Positions 16,586 to 25,407 are shown, numbered from the stretch's first letter. The stretch is DNA of 64,000 nucleotides from a virus (IMGVR_UViG_2832142748_000002:10418-74417), one strand, 5' to 3'. Notes: generated from the sequence alone by a model not told the origin. A program made the numbers and translations.

Positions 16586-17293
16586 TCAGGCGGCGCGGGC
16601 AACCGTGGCCGCGCCTGCCTCAAGGCGCCGCGCGGCGGCCTCGCAGTAGCGCTCTTCCAGTTCCACGCCGACTGCGCGGAGCCCAAGTGACTGCGCGGCG
16701 ACGAGCGTGGCCCCGGAGCCGACGAACGGATCCAGGACGAGGCCGCCCGTCGGGCAGGAGCGCTCCAGCAGGTAGCTCAGCAGGTTGACCGGCTTCTCGG
16801 TGGGGTGCGTGCGCGCCCGCGCGGGCACCGGCGGGTAGCCATCGAGGACCGCGCCGTGCCGCTTCCCAGCGAGCGCGCGACGTGTCGGCCCGGCGCCGTG
16901 CAGCACCACCTCGTAGTCCGGCGCGAAGCTGGCGGCGCAGTCACCCATGCCGCCGCGCGCCTTCCACCACATCAGCGCGCCCTTGATCTTCAGGTGGGCG
17001 CTAGCCGCGTCGAAGAAGTCCGGCCAGCTCTCCCAGTGGCAGAAGACGAAGGCGTGCAGGTCCGGCTTCAGCGCGGGCCCCGCAGCCGTGAGCGCCTGGC
17101 GGAAGACGCGCATGCCCTGGCGGGAGCCGTCCGCACGAATGGCGGCGCCGCTCTTCCCCTTTGCCTCGTAGGCCATCCCGTAGGGCGGGTCGGTGAGGAG
17201 CACGTCCACGGATCCGGACGGGAGTCCGGGCAGCGCGTCGCGGCAGTCGGCATGGAGCAGGGTGATGGTGTCGGTCTGGAAGTAGGGCTTCAC
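16586..17293 (-). CDS. Orphan DNA methyltransferase (N6-adenine/N4-cytosine, beta class)
   Basis: DPPY catalytic motif, HPTEKP, LDPFVGSGAT SAM-binding motif. Start GTG 17293 inferred. Confidence 0.92.
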   Translation of the reverse strand: MKPYFQTDTITLLHADCRDALPGLPSGSVDVLLTDPPYGMAYEAKGKSGAAIRADGSRQGMRVFRQALTAAGPALKPDLHAFVFCHWESWPDFFDAASAHLKIKGALMWWKARGGMGDCAASFAPDYEVVLHGAGPTRRALAGKRHGAVLDGYPPVPARARTHPTEKPVNLLSYLLERSCPTGGLVLDPFVGSGATLVAAQSLGLRAVGVELEERYCEAAARRLEAGAATVARAA

Positions 17294-17505
17294 TCTGGGG
17301 GCCTCGTCGGGCACGTGGGGCGAGGTGCACCACACGCGCGCGTGGTGCACACGGGATGCCGCTCGGCTGCCATCCTCACTATCCAGACGTACAGTTCTCA
17401 GGAAGGACTGCCACATGGACTGGTAGTCCAAGTCCTTCCGGTGCTTCAGTTCGTCATCAAGCGTGGGACGGGGTGTCTCACGTCATCGAAGAAAGGAAGT
17501 CTGGA

Positions 17506-17829
17506 ATGCCGCACAGCCGTGAAGTCGTAGACCTCATTGCAGAGCTGAAGGCGCAGCGCCCTGTGGGTGAATTCGAAGTCACCGGACACCACACAGCCGA
17601 CGAATACATTTGGGTGGCGGTCCGGCACACGGACGGCTCGCCAGCGTGCACCGTGCCGACGAGCATTGTGCCAGCGGATGGCCTGCAGGGCCTGATTCAG
17701 CAGTATGGCCGGCAGGAGTTAACCCGGGGAGCTGGCTGCTTGCCGGAGTGCACACGCTGCTCGAAGGAGATGATCTGGCGGCCATTGGACGTGGATGACA
17801 CCAAGGTCGCGCTCGTCGCCGCTGCGTAG
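17506..17829 (+). CDS. Hypothetical protein with C-terminal CxxC
   Basis: AAGGAAG RBS; followed by a strong hairpin. Confidence 0.55.
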   Translation: MPHSREVVDLIAELKAQRPVGEFEVTGHHTADEYIWVAVRHTDGSPACTVPTSIVPADGLQGLIQQYGRQELTRGAGCLPECTRCSKEMIWRPLDVDDTKVALVAAA

Positions 17830-17845
17830 CCCCCTCAAGCAGCAA

Positions 17846-17876
17846 CGGCCCGCCCCGAGTCATCCGGGGCGGGCCG
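17846..17876. terminator. GC-rich hairpin, probable bidirectional terminator
   Basis: CGGCCCGCCCCG-agtcatc-CGGGGCGGGCCG between convergent ORFs. Confidence 0.6.
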
Positions 17877-17886
17877 CAGCGCTTCA

Positions 17887-18065
17887 TCAGCCGAACGTCC
17901 ATCGCACGCCCGCGCCAGCCATCCGCTCGCGCTGATTGGCCTCCACGAAACCGAAGACGCCCAGGTTCTGCCGGAGCCGCGCCCCACCCTCCAGGCGCGC
18001 GTAGGCGCCCGTAAGGGAGGTGACGCCCGCCTGGGCCTCCAGGTAGCCCGAACCGGCATGTCAGA
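17887..18065 (-). pseudogene. 5'-truncated, frameshifted second copy of the 18683 beta-strand gene
   Basis: SDMPVR/(fs)GYLEAQAGVTSLTGAYARLEGGARLRQNLGVFGFVEANQRERMAGAGVRWTFG* aligns with the 18683 ORF. Confidence 0.75.
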
Positions 18066-18085
18066 CCAACGTCGTAGGTTGGGCC

Positions 18086-18727
18086 ATGTCAAACTGCCCG
18101 CCAAAACCTCGGAAGCGTCGCAATGTTGCCGAGCGATTCTGGGAAAAGGTCCGCAAGGGAGAGGGGTGTTGGGAGTGGGCCCTTGCCCACCTGCGGGGAT
18201 ATGGGGTCTTCACAGCGAACGGAAAGCACCTGCGGGCGCACCGGGTCGCATGGGAACTGACCAACGGTCCCATCCCAGATGGCATGTTGGTCTGCCACCA
18301 CTGCGACAATCCTGGGTGCGTCAGGCCCGACCATCTCTTCCTGGGCTCAAATGCCGACAACAGCTCAGACAGGGACTCAAAGGGACGCCAAGCCCGTGGC
18401 GCAAAAGTTGTGCCGCTCACCCTCCCACGCGGTGACGAGCACTGGACTCGTCGTCAACCCGATCGCCTGCAGCGTGGTGACGCGAATCCGTCTCGAAGGC
18501 TTCGGGAGAAGCTCAAGCGCGGCGAGTCGCATCCAAAGGCGAAGATCACCCGCGAAGTTGTTCTTGAAATCAGGGCGGCTCACGCCGAGGGCGTCTTGGC
18601 CAAAGCTCTGGCGGAACGCTTCGGCGTAAGCCGTCATCTGATCTACCGAGTCGTCAAGAAGACGTTATGGGCGCACGTCGTTTCAGAAAAGCCACCTGAG
18701 CCCGGCCCCTGCCATCCGGGTTCCTGA
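18086..18727 (+). CDS. Free-standing HNH homing endonuclease
   Basis: RFWEKV..GEGCWEW; HRVAWEL..GPIPDGMLVCHHCDNPGCVRPDHLFLGS..DN; C-terminal GESHPKAKIT..EIR HTH. Confidence 0.92.
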   Translation: MSNCPPKPRKRRNVAERFWEKVRKGEGCWEWALAHLRGYGVFTANGKHLRAHRVAWELTNGPIPDGMLVCHHCDNPGCVRPDHLFLGSNADNSSDRDSKGRQARGAKVVPLTLPRGDEHWTRRQPDRLQRGDANPSRRLREKLKRGESHPKAKITREVVLEIRAAHAEGVLAKALAERFGVSRHLIYRVVKKTLWAHVVSEKPPEPGPCHPGS

Positions 18728-18868
18728 CGAGGCTTCGGCGAATGCGAAGGCGCCGAGATGGTTGGTCGGTCGATAGCCAACCTCTCCGCGAACTCGCCAT
18801 CCGCTACCCGATGCCACGGTGGCGGTGATCTCGGCATACCCGTGGCGCACCGGCACGTCGCTCAGCAC
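18683..18868 (-). CDS. Small beta-strand protein of the lysis region (start uncertain)
   Basis: DVPVRHGYAEITATVASGSGWRVRGEVGY...RMAGAGLRWLF; alternating hydrophobic pattern and terminal Phe. The frame is also open further upstream. Confidence 0.55.
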   Translation of the reverse strand: MLSDVPVRHGYAEITATVASGSGWRVRGEVGYRPTNHLGAFAFAEASSGTRMAGAGLRWLF

Positions 18869-18891
18869 CCGCGACAGCCCCGCGGCGACTT

Positions 18892-19422
18892 CTACCCGCG
18901 GGGCATCGAAGGGACCGCCGCCACCGCCGCCGTGGCGACCGGGCCCAGCGCGGCGGTGCTGCCGATGGCGCCGAGCGCGAGCTCCAGCGCCTCCGCGCGC
19001 ACCTTCACGTCGGCCTTCTGCGCGCCGTGGATGGAGGCGAACTCCAGCTTCACGGCCTCCTGCTCCCAGGGCTTCAGCGGGCGCCAGCCGTTGGCCTTCA
19101 GCCAGGAGTCCGCCACCTCCAGGCCCTTGGCCACCTTGTCGAGGGCGTTCTCCTCCTCGTCCATCGCGGCGAAGTCCTCCACCACGTGGAAGGCATGGAA
19201 GGCCACGGTGGCGACGATGCGCTTGCGCCGGGTGGTAAGCCAGGTGCCGCCGGCGAAGAGGCCGACGGCACCGGCGACGATGCCCAGGCCGATGCCGATG
19301 TTCCCCGGTGTGAACAGCGCGTCCAGGATGCTGGAGCTGGCGCCGGTGGACGCCTGGGCCAGGGCCGCCGGAGCGGCGAGGACGACCGGGAGACACGCGG
19401 CCAGGGTGAGACGCTTCTTCAT
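18892..19422 (-). CDS. Membrane protein of the lysis cassette (holin- or spanin-like)
   Basis: Signal-like N-terminus plus TM IGIGLGIVAGAVGLFAGG, then basic TTRRKR. Confidence 0.6.
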   Translation of the reverse strand: MKKRLTLAACLPVVLAAPAALAQASTGASSSILDALFTPGNIGIGLGIVAGAVGLFAGGTWLTTRRKRIVATVAFHAFHVVEDFAAMDEEENALDKVAKGLEVADSWLKANGWRPLKPWEQEAVKLEFASIHGAQKADVKVRAEALELALGAIGSTAALGPVATAAVAAVPSMPRG

Positions 19423-19498
19423 GGGGTGCTTCTCCTTCTGGGGTGTGGGGCTCCCGGGAGCGCCCCGGGCGAGCGCCGGCAGCTGCCGGAGGAAGACG

Positions 19499-19993
19499 TC
19501 AGACGCGCGGCATCCAGTTCCAGCAGCCGGGCACGGGCGCCTCGGTGGGGGCCTGGGACACGTCGGACGCCGTGAAGGGCAGGAAGCGGGGCGGCTTCAC
19601 CAGGAGCTCCACGGTGCCGTCGTCGTTGACGGCGGTGATGTCCGCCGCGCACACCACCTCGTCGCGCTGGTAGTGGACGGCCCGGCCGACGCTGGGCTTC
19701 TGCCCGGGCGGCACCATGGGAGCGCCGACCGGGCCCGGCGGCACCGCCACGGACGCGACCGGGGTGTTGATGGCCTCGGCCACCGCGAGCCAGCCGGCGC
19801 GAACCAGCGCGGAGCACTTCTCGAACGGGGGCAGCTCGGCGCCCGTCACCGCGGAGCGCCCGCCGGTGACGCTGCCGTAGCAGGTGTAGAGCGTGAGGGC
19901 CGTGGCGAGCTTGCCGGGGCTGGCCTGGGCCAGAGCCCTTTCGGCGGCGGTGATGAGATCGGCGGGCGGCGTGTACGGCGCGGGTGAGGACAT
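19499..19993 (-). CDS. Hypothetical phage protein
   Basis: C-terminal PSVGRAVHY...GCWNWMPRV domain typical of small phage late proteins. Confidence 0.7.
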   Translation of the reverse strand: MSSPAPYTPPADLITAAERALAQASPGKLATALTLYTCYGSVTGGRSAVTGAELPPFEKCSALVRAGWLAVAEAINTPVASVAVPPGPVGAPMVPPGQKPSVGRAVHYQRDEVVCAADITAVNDDGTVELLVKPPRFLPFTASDVSQAPTEAPVPGCWNWMPRV

Positions 19994-20092
19994 GCTGGTG
20001 CTCCTGGTGGTGCTGCGGGTTGGACGTCGGGAAAGAGATTCGGCGGCACAGCGGCACCCGAAGAGAGCGCGCCATGGGCAGGCAGGTGCAAC

Positions 20093-20545
20093 TCAGGAGA
20101 CGAAGGGCAGGCGCCGGAAGCCGAGAACGTCGGGGCGGTACTCCACGCGGGTGAAGGACTTCACCTTCGCGTCCGCGCGCACCGCATCGTCCAGCGTGAG
20201 CGTCTTGCTGCCGCCCCCGGAGGCGCCCACCACGACTCCCGCGCCCACGTGCACCATGACGTGGTCCGGATCGCCGGCCTTGCCGTACAGCACCAGGTCT
20301 CCAGGCTGCAGGTCCGCCGCGCTCGCCACCGGAGCGCACTCCGCCCACAGCCGGTCCGTGTTGTGCGTCGCGCGCCAGTCCTTCCCGCCCACCTGATTGA
20401 AGCACCACGTCACGAGGCCGGAGCAGTCGAAGAGGCGCGGGCCATCCGCCGCGGCTCGCTGGCCCTTCGCGCCCCAGCGGTAGGGCGAGTGCATCTGCGC
20501 GAGGACGAGCTGAAGGAAGGCGGCGCGCTGCGAGGTGATAGGCAT
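20093..20545 (-). CDS. NlpC/P60 peptidoglycan peptidase (endolysin candidate)
   Basis: PYRWGAKG...FDCSGLV...PGDLVLY...HVMVHVG (catalytic Cys and His). Confidence 0.88.
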   Translation of the reverse strand: MPITSQRAAFLQLVLAQMHSPYRWGAKGQRAAADGPRLFDCSGLVTWCFNQVGGKDWRATHNTDRLWAECAPVASAADLQPGDLVLYGKAGDPDHVMVHVGAGVVVGASGGGSKTLTLDDAVRADAKVKSFTRVEYRPDVLGFRRLPFVS

Positions 20546-20577
20546 GGTGAGGCTCCGGCTGCTGGGAGTAGGCGGCG

Positions 20578-20661
20578 TCATGGAGAAGCGCTGACCCAGA
20601 CCGCCAGGACGAGGGCGGCGCACACGGCGAGCATGTGCGCGGCGAAGAGGGAGAGGCTCAC
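20578..20661 (-). CDS. 27-aa hydrophobic peptide
   Basis: MSLSLFAAHMLAVCAALVLAVWVSASP; GTGA overlap with the upstream gene. Confidence 0.4.
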   Translation of the reverse strand: MSLSLFAAHMLAVCAALVLAVWVSASP

Positions 20662-21215
20662 CGGCGCCTCATGGGGGAACCGGGCTCGGACGCGTCCTGC
20701 GTGAGCTGGTGCTGGGCGGGCGCCTGGGCCTGGACGAACCAGCGGCCGCAGTCGCGCAGCCCAGCGAGCCCCAGCAGGCCGACGACGACGCCCACCACCC
20801 ACAGCGCCCCAGCCTGACGGGAGTTCCGGTGCTCCTGCGCGTCCTGGCGCTCCCGGATGGCGGGGATGGCCTCCACCGCAACCCCGTGGGCGGCCGAGGA
20901 CTTCTCCAGCGCCTCCACCTTCGCTGCCAGCCCGGGCACCGCACCGACGGCCGGCGCGTGCTCCGTCACGCGCCGGTCCACCTCCATGATGCGATCTTCC
21001 AGGCGGCGCACCTGCTCGGCGGTGGCCATGCGCTCGCCGACGCCGCGCACCTCCGTCTGGACGCCCTCCATGAGCCGGTGGAGGTCCACCGCCATCCGCT
21101 CGGCGGCTTTCAGCGCCGTGCCTGCGCGCTCGTTCGTCGCCTCCTGCTGGGCGGCAAGCCGGGCGAGGTCCTCACGGACAGTGTTGTCGGGGGTACGGCG
21201 GGGAGCGGGGGGCAT
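20658..21215 (-). CDS. Coiled-coil protein with C-terminal TM (XhlA/holin-like)
   Basis: Long heptad region then ALWVVGVVVGLLGLAGL; first gene of the lysis cluster. Confidence 0.65.
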   Translation of the reverse strand: MPPAPRRTPDNTVREDLARLAAQQEATNERAGTALKAAERMAVDLHRLMEGVQTEVRGVGERMATAEQVRRLEDRIMEVDRRVTEHAPAVGAVPGLAAKVEALEKSSAAHGVAVEAIPAIRERQDAQEHRNSRQAGALWVVGVVVGLLGLAGLRDCGRWFVQAQAPAQHQLTQDASEPGSPMRRR

Positions 21216-21407
21216 ACCGCCGCATGGTCAACGCTCGCGTGGACGGTGTCCGGCGGCACTTGTGCGAGCCCGCCCACCGAATCAGCAGCAAACAGGAGTC
21301 GTAGACGCCCCAGGAACACAGGTTCAGATGACAAGCAATAAGTCCGTTCTATAGCGTCTGCCGGAACGCAGGCTCTCTACTTAGCAATCGGACTCTAAAA
21401 ACCATCC

Positions 21408-22691
21408 ATGCGAATCATTGAAGAAATCGACAGTGGCGGCTTCGGCAAAATCGAGAAAGTAGAACTCTCAGACGGCACAATCGCCGCAAGAAAGACTTTC
21501 TCACCCAGCGTCAAGGTGGCAACCAATGAGGAGCGCGAGAAGCTAAGAAAACGATTCTGCCGAGAGGTGCGAATTCAGCGCGGACTATCGTCCGACCTGT
21601 TCCTGCCGGTGCTTGACGCCGATCTTAACGGGCCCGCACCTTGGTTCACAATGCCGCTCGCCGACAAGTCATACATTGAGCAGATCGAAGAAGACAAGCA
21701 GTCCGGGATCATTACCAGCGAAGCTCTTGCAGACATTCTTAACGGATTAGAGGAACTACACAGGCTTGACTATGTACATCGTGACTTAAAACCCGCGAAC
21801 ATCCTTCTTCACGAAGGAACATGGAAACTGGCCGATTTCGGGTTGGCCTTGCCTCCGAACGGAGGGACATCCAGACTGAGTTCGCAGTATTCAGCGTGGG
21901 GCTCAGAACACTATGCAGCCCCCGAACAATACACCGACTTCTCAAACGTTCGACCTTCTGCCGACATCTACTCGTTCGGCTGTATTCTTCACGATCTCGT
22001 AGCAAACGCGAGCAGAATCCCTTATCAGCGGCAAACCTGTAGCGGGCCGTTCGCCCCAATCATAGAAAAATGCACCGAAACAATCCCAACAAAGCGCTTC
22101 AAGACAATTAGCGGGCTTCGATCCGCACTTCTAGGTCTCCTCGCTCAGCCGAACAGCATCAAGATCTCTCTCGAATCAGGGGAGTGGATCAAAGAACTCG
22201 ACTCAGTCAACACCTGGACAATCGAAACTGTCGCAAACTTCGAGCGCTACTTAAAAACAACCGACACGGAGCAAAAATGGGCCATCCTGGATAAGTTCAA
22301 TGAAGAAACTATCACCATCCTGTCGAAACTCGACCCAGACCTTTGGCTGTCGCTAGGGCTGGTTTATTCCGACTGGGCACGCGGATCATTCGACTTCTCA
22401 TACTGCGACGTGGTTGCAGTGCGCCTGCTCGCCATCTTCAAGTCGACAAGCTCACTGGAGCTCAAGGCATCCATTGCGCTTTCCCTTGCCGAACTTGCAT
22501 ATTCCCACAATCGCTGGTTCGTCATGGAACGACTATTCACGATTTGCGGTCACAGTTGCGACGCAGCCGCAGCCGCTCGAATCGCTCTTGAGATCCAGGC
22601 AGAGGAGTTTCAGAGGCCATTCAAGAGATGTGCAGAGGGAATTCGGCGCACGCCAACCATGTTCCATCCAATTATCGCAGGTGTCCTCTGA
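21408..22691 (+). CDS. Hanks-type Ser/Thr protein kinase (AT-richer moron, antisense to the late genes)
   Basis: GGFG, ARK, HRDLKPANIL, DFG, YAAPE and DIYSFG motifs all present; helical C-terminal domain; no TM. Confidence 0.95.
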   Translation: MRIIEEIDSGGFGKIEKVELSDGTIAARKTFSPSVKVATNEEREKLRKRFCREVRIQRGLSSDLFLPVLDADLNGPAPWFTMPLADKSYIEQIEEDKQSGIITSEALADILNGLEELHRLDYVHRDLKPANILLHEGTWKLADFGLALPPNGGTSRLSSQYSAWGSEHYAAPEQYTDFSNVRPSADIYSFGCILHDLVANASRIPYQRQTCSGPFAPIIEKCTETIPTKRFKTISGLRSALLGLLAQPNSIKISLESGEWIKELDSVNTWTIETVANFERYLKTTDTEQKWAILDKFNEETITILSKLDPDLWLSLGLVYSDWARGSFDFSYCDVVAVRLLAIFKSTSSLELKASIALSLAELAYSHNRWFVMERLFTICGHSCDAAAAARIALEIQAEEFQRPFKRCAEGIRRTPTMFHPIIAGVL

Positions 22692-22712
22692 AGCTCAGAG
22701 CCGAGCAAGTCG

Positions 22713-23252
22713 CTAGTTCGTTGCCCCAACGGCTCTGTCCTTTCCGACGCCAAGCAACCAGTCGCGAAAGGCGGGCCAGGAGTCCTCAGTGATGAGTCCG
22801 CGTGCGGCAGCGTTCGCCTGCCACTCGCGGATGAGCCCGTCACCGCGCTGGAGCAGCCAGGGCCGCCCGAAGGCGGTCCGCTGCTCCAGCATGTACTTCT
22901 CGAACTCGGCCACCGTCTGCTCGAACGTGGCCAGCGGGTTGAAGACGAGCCAGTCGTAACCCTTGTCCTTCGCGTAGAAGCGCTCGTCCTGGCCGACCAT
23001 CTCTACGGTGGAGTACTTCCCCCAGTCGTCGCTGCTGCCGGGGGCCGCGCCCGCGGACTCCAGCTGCACCAGCTCCTGCTCGAGCGCCGACTTCTTCACC
23101 AGCGTGGCGGAGTTCACCTCAGCGGCCGCGCGCGACAGTGCGGCTGAGGCATCGAGCTGCCCCTTGATGCGGGCGATCTCCAGCCGCAGGTCCCGCTTTC
23201 GGGCCTCGTTGGCGTTGATGGTGTAGACGTCGCTCTGCGTGAGGGTGGGCAT
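22713..23252 (-). CDS. Hypothetical tail-associated protein
   Basis: Follows the tail fibre with GGAG RBS; N-terminal coiled coil. Confidence 0.7.
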   Translation of the reverse strand: MPTLTQSDVYTINANEARKRDLRLEIARIKGQLDASAALSRAAAEVNSATLVKKSALEQELVQLESAGAAPGSSDDWGKYSTVEMVGQDERFYAKDKGYDWLVFNPLATFEQTVAEFEKYMLEQRTAFGRPWLLQRGDGLIREWQANAAARGLITEDSWPAFRDWLLGVGKDRAVGATN

Positions 23253-23261
23253 GGCCGACTC

Positions 23262-25397
23262 CTAGATGGGCTGCTTGATGTTGTGGCTGAGGAGGCCCGC
23301 GGACTCGTACGTCCGGGCCCCGTGCACGGTGAGCTTCACGACGGCGCCCTCCCCTTCCGGCGCGACGCGCCGCACGAGCCCCGGGCGCAGGCCCTCCAGC
23401 AGCTCGCCGGGCCGAAGCGCGCGGACCTGCGTCCAACCTGCGAAGCGCCGGTAGACGAGGTGGTTGGGCGTCGCAACCAGGACGCGGCCATCCGTCAGCT
23501 CCACCCGCCAGCGCGCGGCCCGGTGGCTGGAGGCGGCCGTCACCTCAAAGGTGCCCACCCGGCGCGTGTCCTCGTGCTGGGTGAGGACGCGCATGCCGGG
23601 GCGGATGGACGCCGCAGGCACCTCCTGCCCGTCCTCCAGCGTGATGAGCGTCTCGGGCGCTACGCATGTGCCGCCCGTCCCGCCGGAGCCGCCGCCGCCG
23701 CCACCCGCGGGCGCGCCACTGAAGGGCGAGGTCGTGGACTTCGCGAAGTTGATGCCCAGCCCGGCGCCGAACGTGGGGGTGAACCACATGGAGGCGCTCA
23801 CGCCGTAGACGCCGTGCACCTCGCACAGGAGCGCGACGTACTCTCCCAGGTTCTGGCCGTAGAGCCCCGAGAGGGCCGCCGGGTACTGGAAGGTGTGGGT
23901 GATGGCGATGCGGTTGACCGCGTTGCCGTCCACTGCGGCGGCGTACTTCCGGTCCGCGAGGGTGATGTAGCGCGTGCCCCGGTACGTGGCGCTGACGCTG
24001 CTGTAGTAGTCCACCTTGAGGTAGCGGAGCGCGTCGAGGTTGTCGTCGATGCTGGAGGGCTGGATGAAGAAGTGGTGCACCAGCCAGGAGTGGACGATGG
24101 GCGTCGTGTACCGGAAGTAGTCCGTGCACTGGACGTCCAGCCGGTCAATGAGCGGCGCCCCGCCGCGCACGCCCGTGTTGTTGCTCCCCCGGTAGTGGAC
24201 GCGCCCCGCGGCCGATGTCCCATCCAGCGCCTGGTTGGCCCGGAAGAAAGGCGTGTCCAACAGGTAGCTACCAATCTGCACGTTGCCGCCGGCCGCCTTG
24301 AAGGCGGTGCCCACGTTGTCTAGCTTCGCCCCGGCGACGGGCACGCCGTTGCCGTCCTCCGCGTAGTTGGACGTCTGGAGGGTGTTGGCCACAAGCAGGT
24401 CGAACGTCACCATCTTCCGCATGGAGATGGCGTCCAGGTACACGGCCTTGCCGGCGTCCGCTCCCACGGCATTGAGCTCGAAGTACAGCTGCACGCCGGT
24501 GCACCCGGCCGGGCACGTGCCCTTCAGCTTCACGCGCTGGTAGCCCGTCGTGAGCGTGACGGCGACGGAGGTGATCTGACCGTCGTAGCTGCCGCTCGCC
24601 CCCTCCCAGAGAAGGAAGAGCGTCGCGCCAGACTGGGCGAGCGCGGCCGAGGACTTCACCCAGGCCTCGGCGTAGAACTGATCCCCAGCGGTGCACTTGA
24701 TGCGGCCACCGGGTGCGGTGCTCCGGTAGCCGCCGATGAAGTTGAGGCCCACGAAGCCGCCCCCCACGGGCACGGGCAGCTTGCGGCACCAGCGCCCCTC
24801 CTTCGCGCTGGAGGGCTCCTCCACCAGCCTGTCACCCTCGGGGGACTGGCCCAGTGCGGCCGCGCCGGCTTCCGAGTACCCGTTGGGCACCAGGTTGTCC
24901 GTGGGCGGCAGCAGCAGGTGCGTGAAGCTGATGGCCGCCGCCGCCACCGCGGCGCTGGTGACGGAGCTCGCCGACATGTGCCGGGCGTAGACGCTCCCCG
25001 TCGGCACATTGGAGAGGTCCGCCACTGCCATGGTGAGGGTGTCCGGGTCCGCCACCACGCTACCGCCGAGGACGCGCCAGTTGCTCTGGCTGCCGTTGGT
25101 GTAGAGGGCCTGGACAGCGCACTGCACCTCCGTCGGCAGCTTCAGCTTCAGCGGCGCCACCCACCGTCTCTCGGAGGGGCCGAACTTCCGGGGCTCCAGC
25201 AGGTAGCTGTCCGTGTTGTTGGGGTCGCTGCCCTCGTAGACGACGACCTGGAAGCCCGCGAGGAGGTGCGCGGGGAGCACCTCCTCGTGCGTCCAGCGGA
25301 TGTCCAGGTAGCGCGACTTGACGAGCTGTGGGGAGCGGACGCCGTCCACCTCCCGGTCGTAGACGCCGGCCGCTTCTTCCTGCTCGCGCGAGCGCAT
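23262..25397 (-). CDS. Tail fibre/tip protein with carbohydrate-binding-like domain and C-terminal Hint domain
   Basis: Follows gpJ. NLVPNGYSE...FYAEAWVK CBM-like segment; Gly linker; Hint 23280..23666 (C1, ATPNH, LLSHN) followed by IKQPI. Confidence 0.88.
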   Translation of the reverse strand: MRSREQEEAAGVYDREVDGVRSPQLVKSRYLDIRWTHEEVLPAHLLAGFQVVVYEGSDPNNTDSYLLEPRKFGPSERRWVAPLKLKLPTEVQCAVQALYTNGSQSNWRVLGGSVVADPDTLTMAVADLSNVPTGSVYARHMSASSVTSAAVAAAAISFTHLLLPPTDNLVPNGYSEAGAAALGQSPEGDRLVEEPSSAKEGRWCRKLPVPVGGGFVGLNFIGGYRSTAPGGRIKCTAGDQFYAEAWVKSSAALAQSGATLFLLWEGASGSYDGQITSVAVTLTTGYQRVKLKGTCPAGCTGVQLYFELNAVGADAGKAVYLDAISMRKMVTFDLLVANTLQTSNYAEDGNGVPVAGAKLDNVGTAFKAAGGNVQIGSYLLDTPFFRANQALDGTSAAGRVHYRGSNNTGVRGGAPLIDRLDVQCTDYFRYTTPIVHSWLVHHFFIQPSSIDDNLDALRYLKVDYYSSVSATYRGTRYITLADRKYAAAVDGNAVNRIAITHTFQYPAALSGLYGQNLGEYVALLCEVHGVYGVSASMWFTPTFGAGLGINFAKSTTSPFSGAPAGGGGGGSGGTGGTCVAPETLITLEDGQEVPAASIRPGMRVLTQHEDTRRVGTFEVTAASSHRAARWRVELTDGRVLVATPNHLVYRRFAGWTQVRALRPGELLEGLRPGLVRRVAPEGEGAVVKLTVHGARTYESAGLLSHNIKQPI

Positions 25398-25407
25398 GCC
25401 CTCCCAT

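Noticed and set aside
23262-25397. Diversity-generating retroelement acting on the tail fibre
   Set aside because: No reverse transcriptase and no template/variable repeat pair seen in the window.
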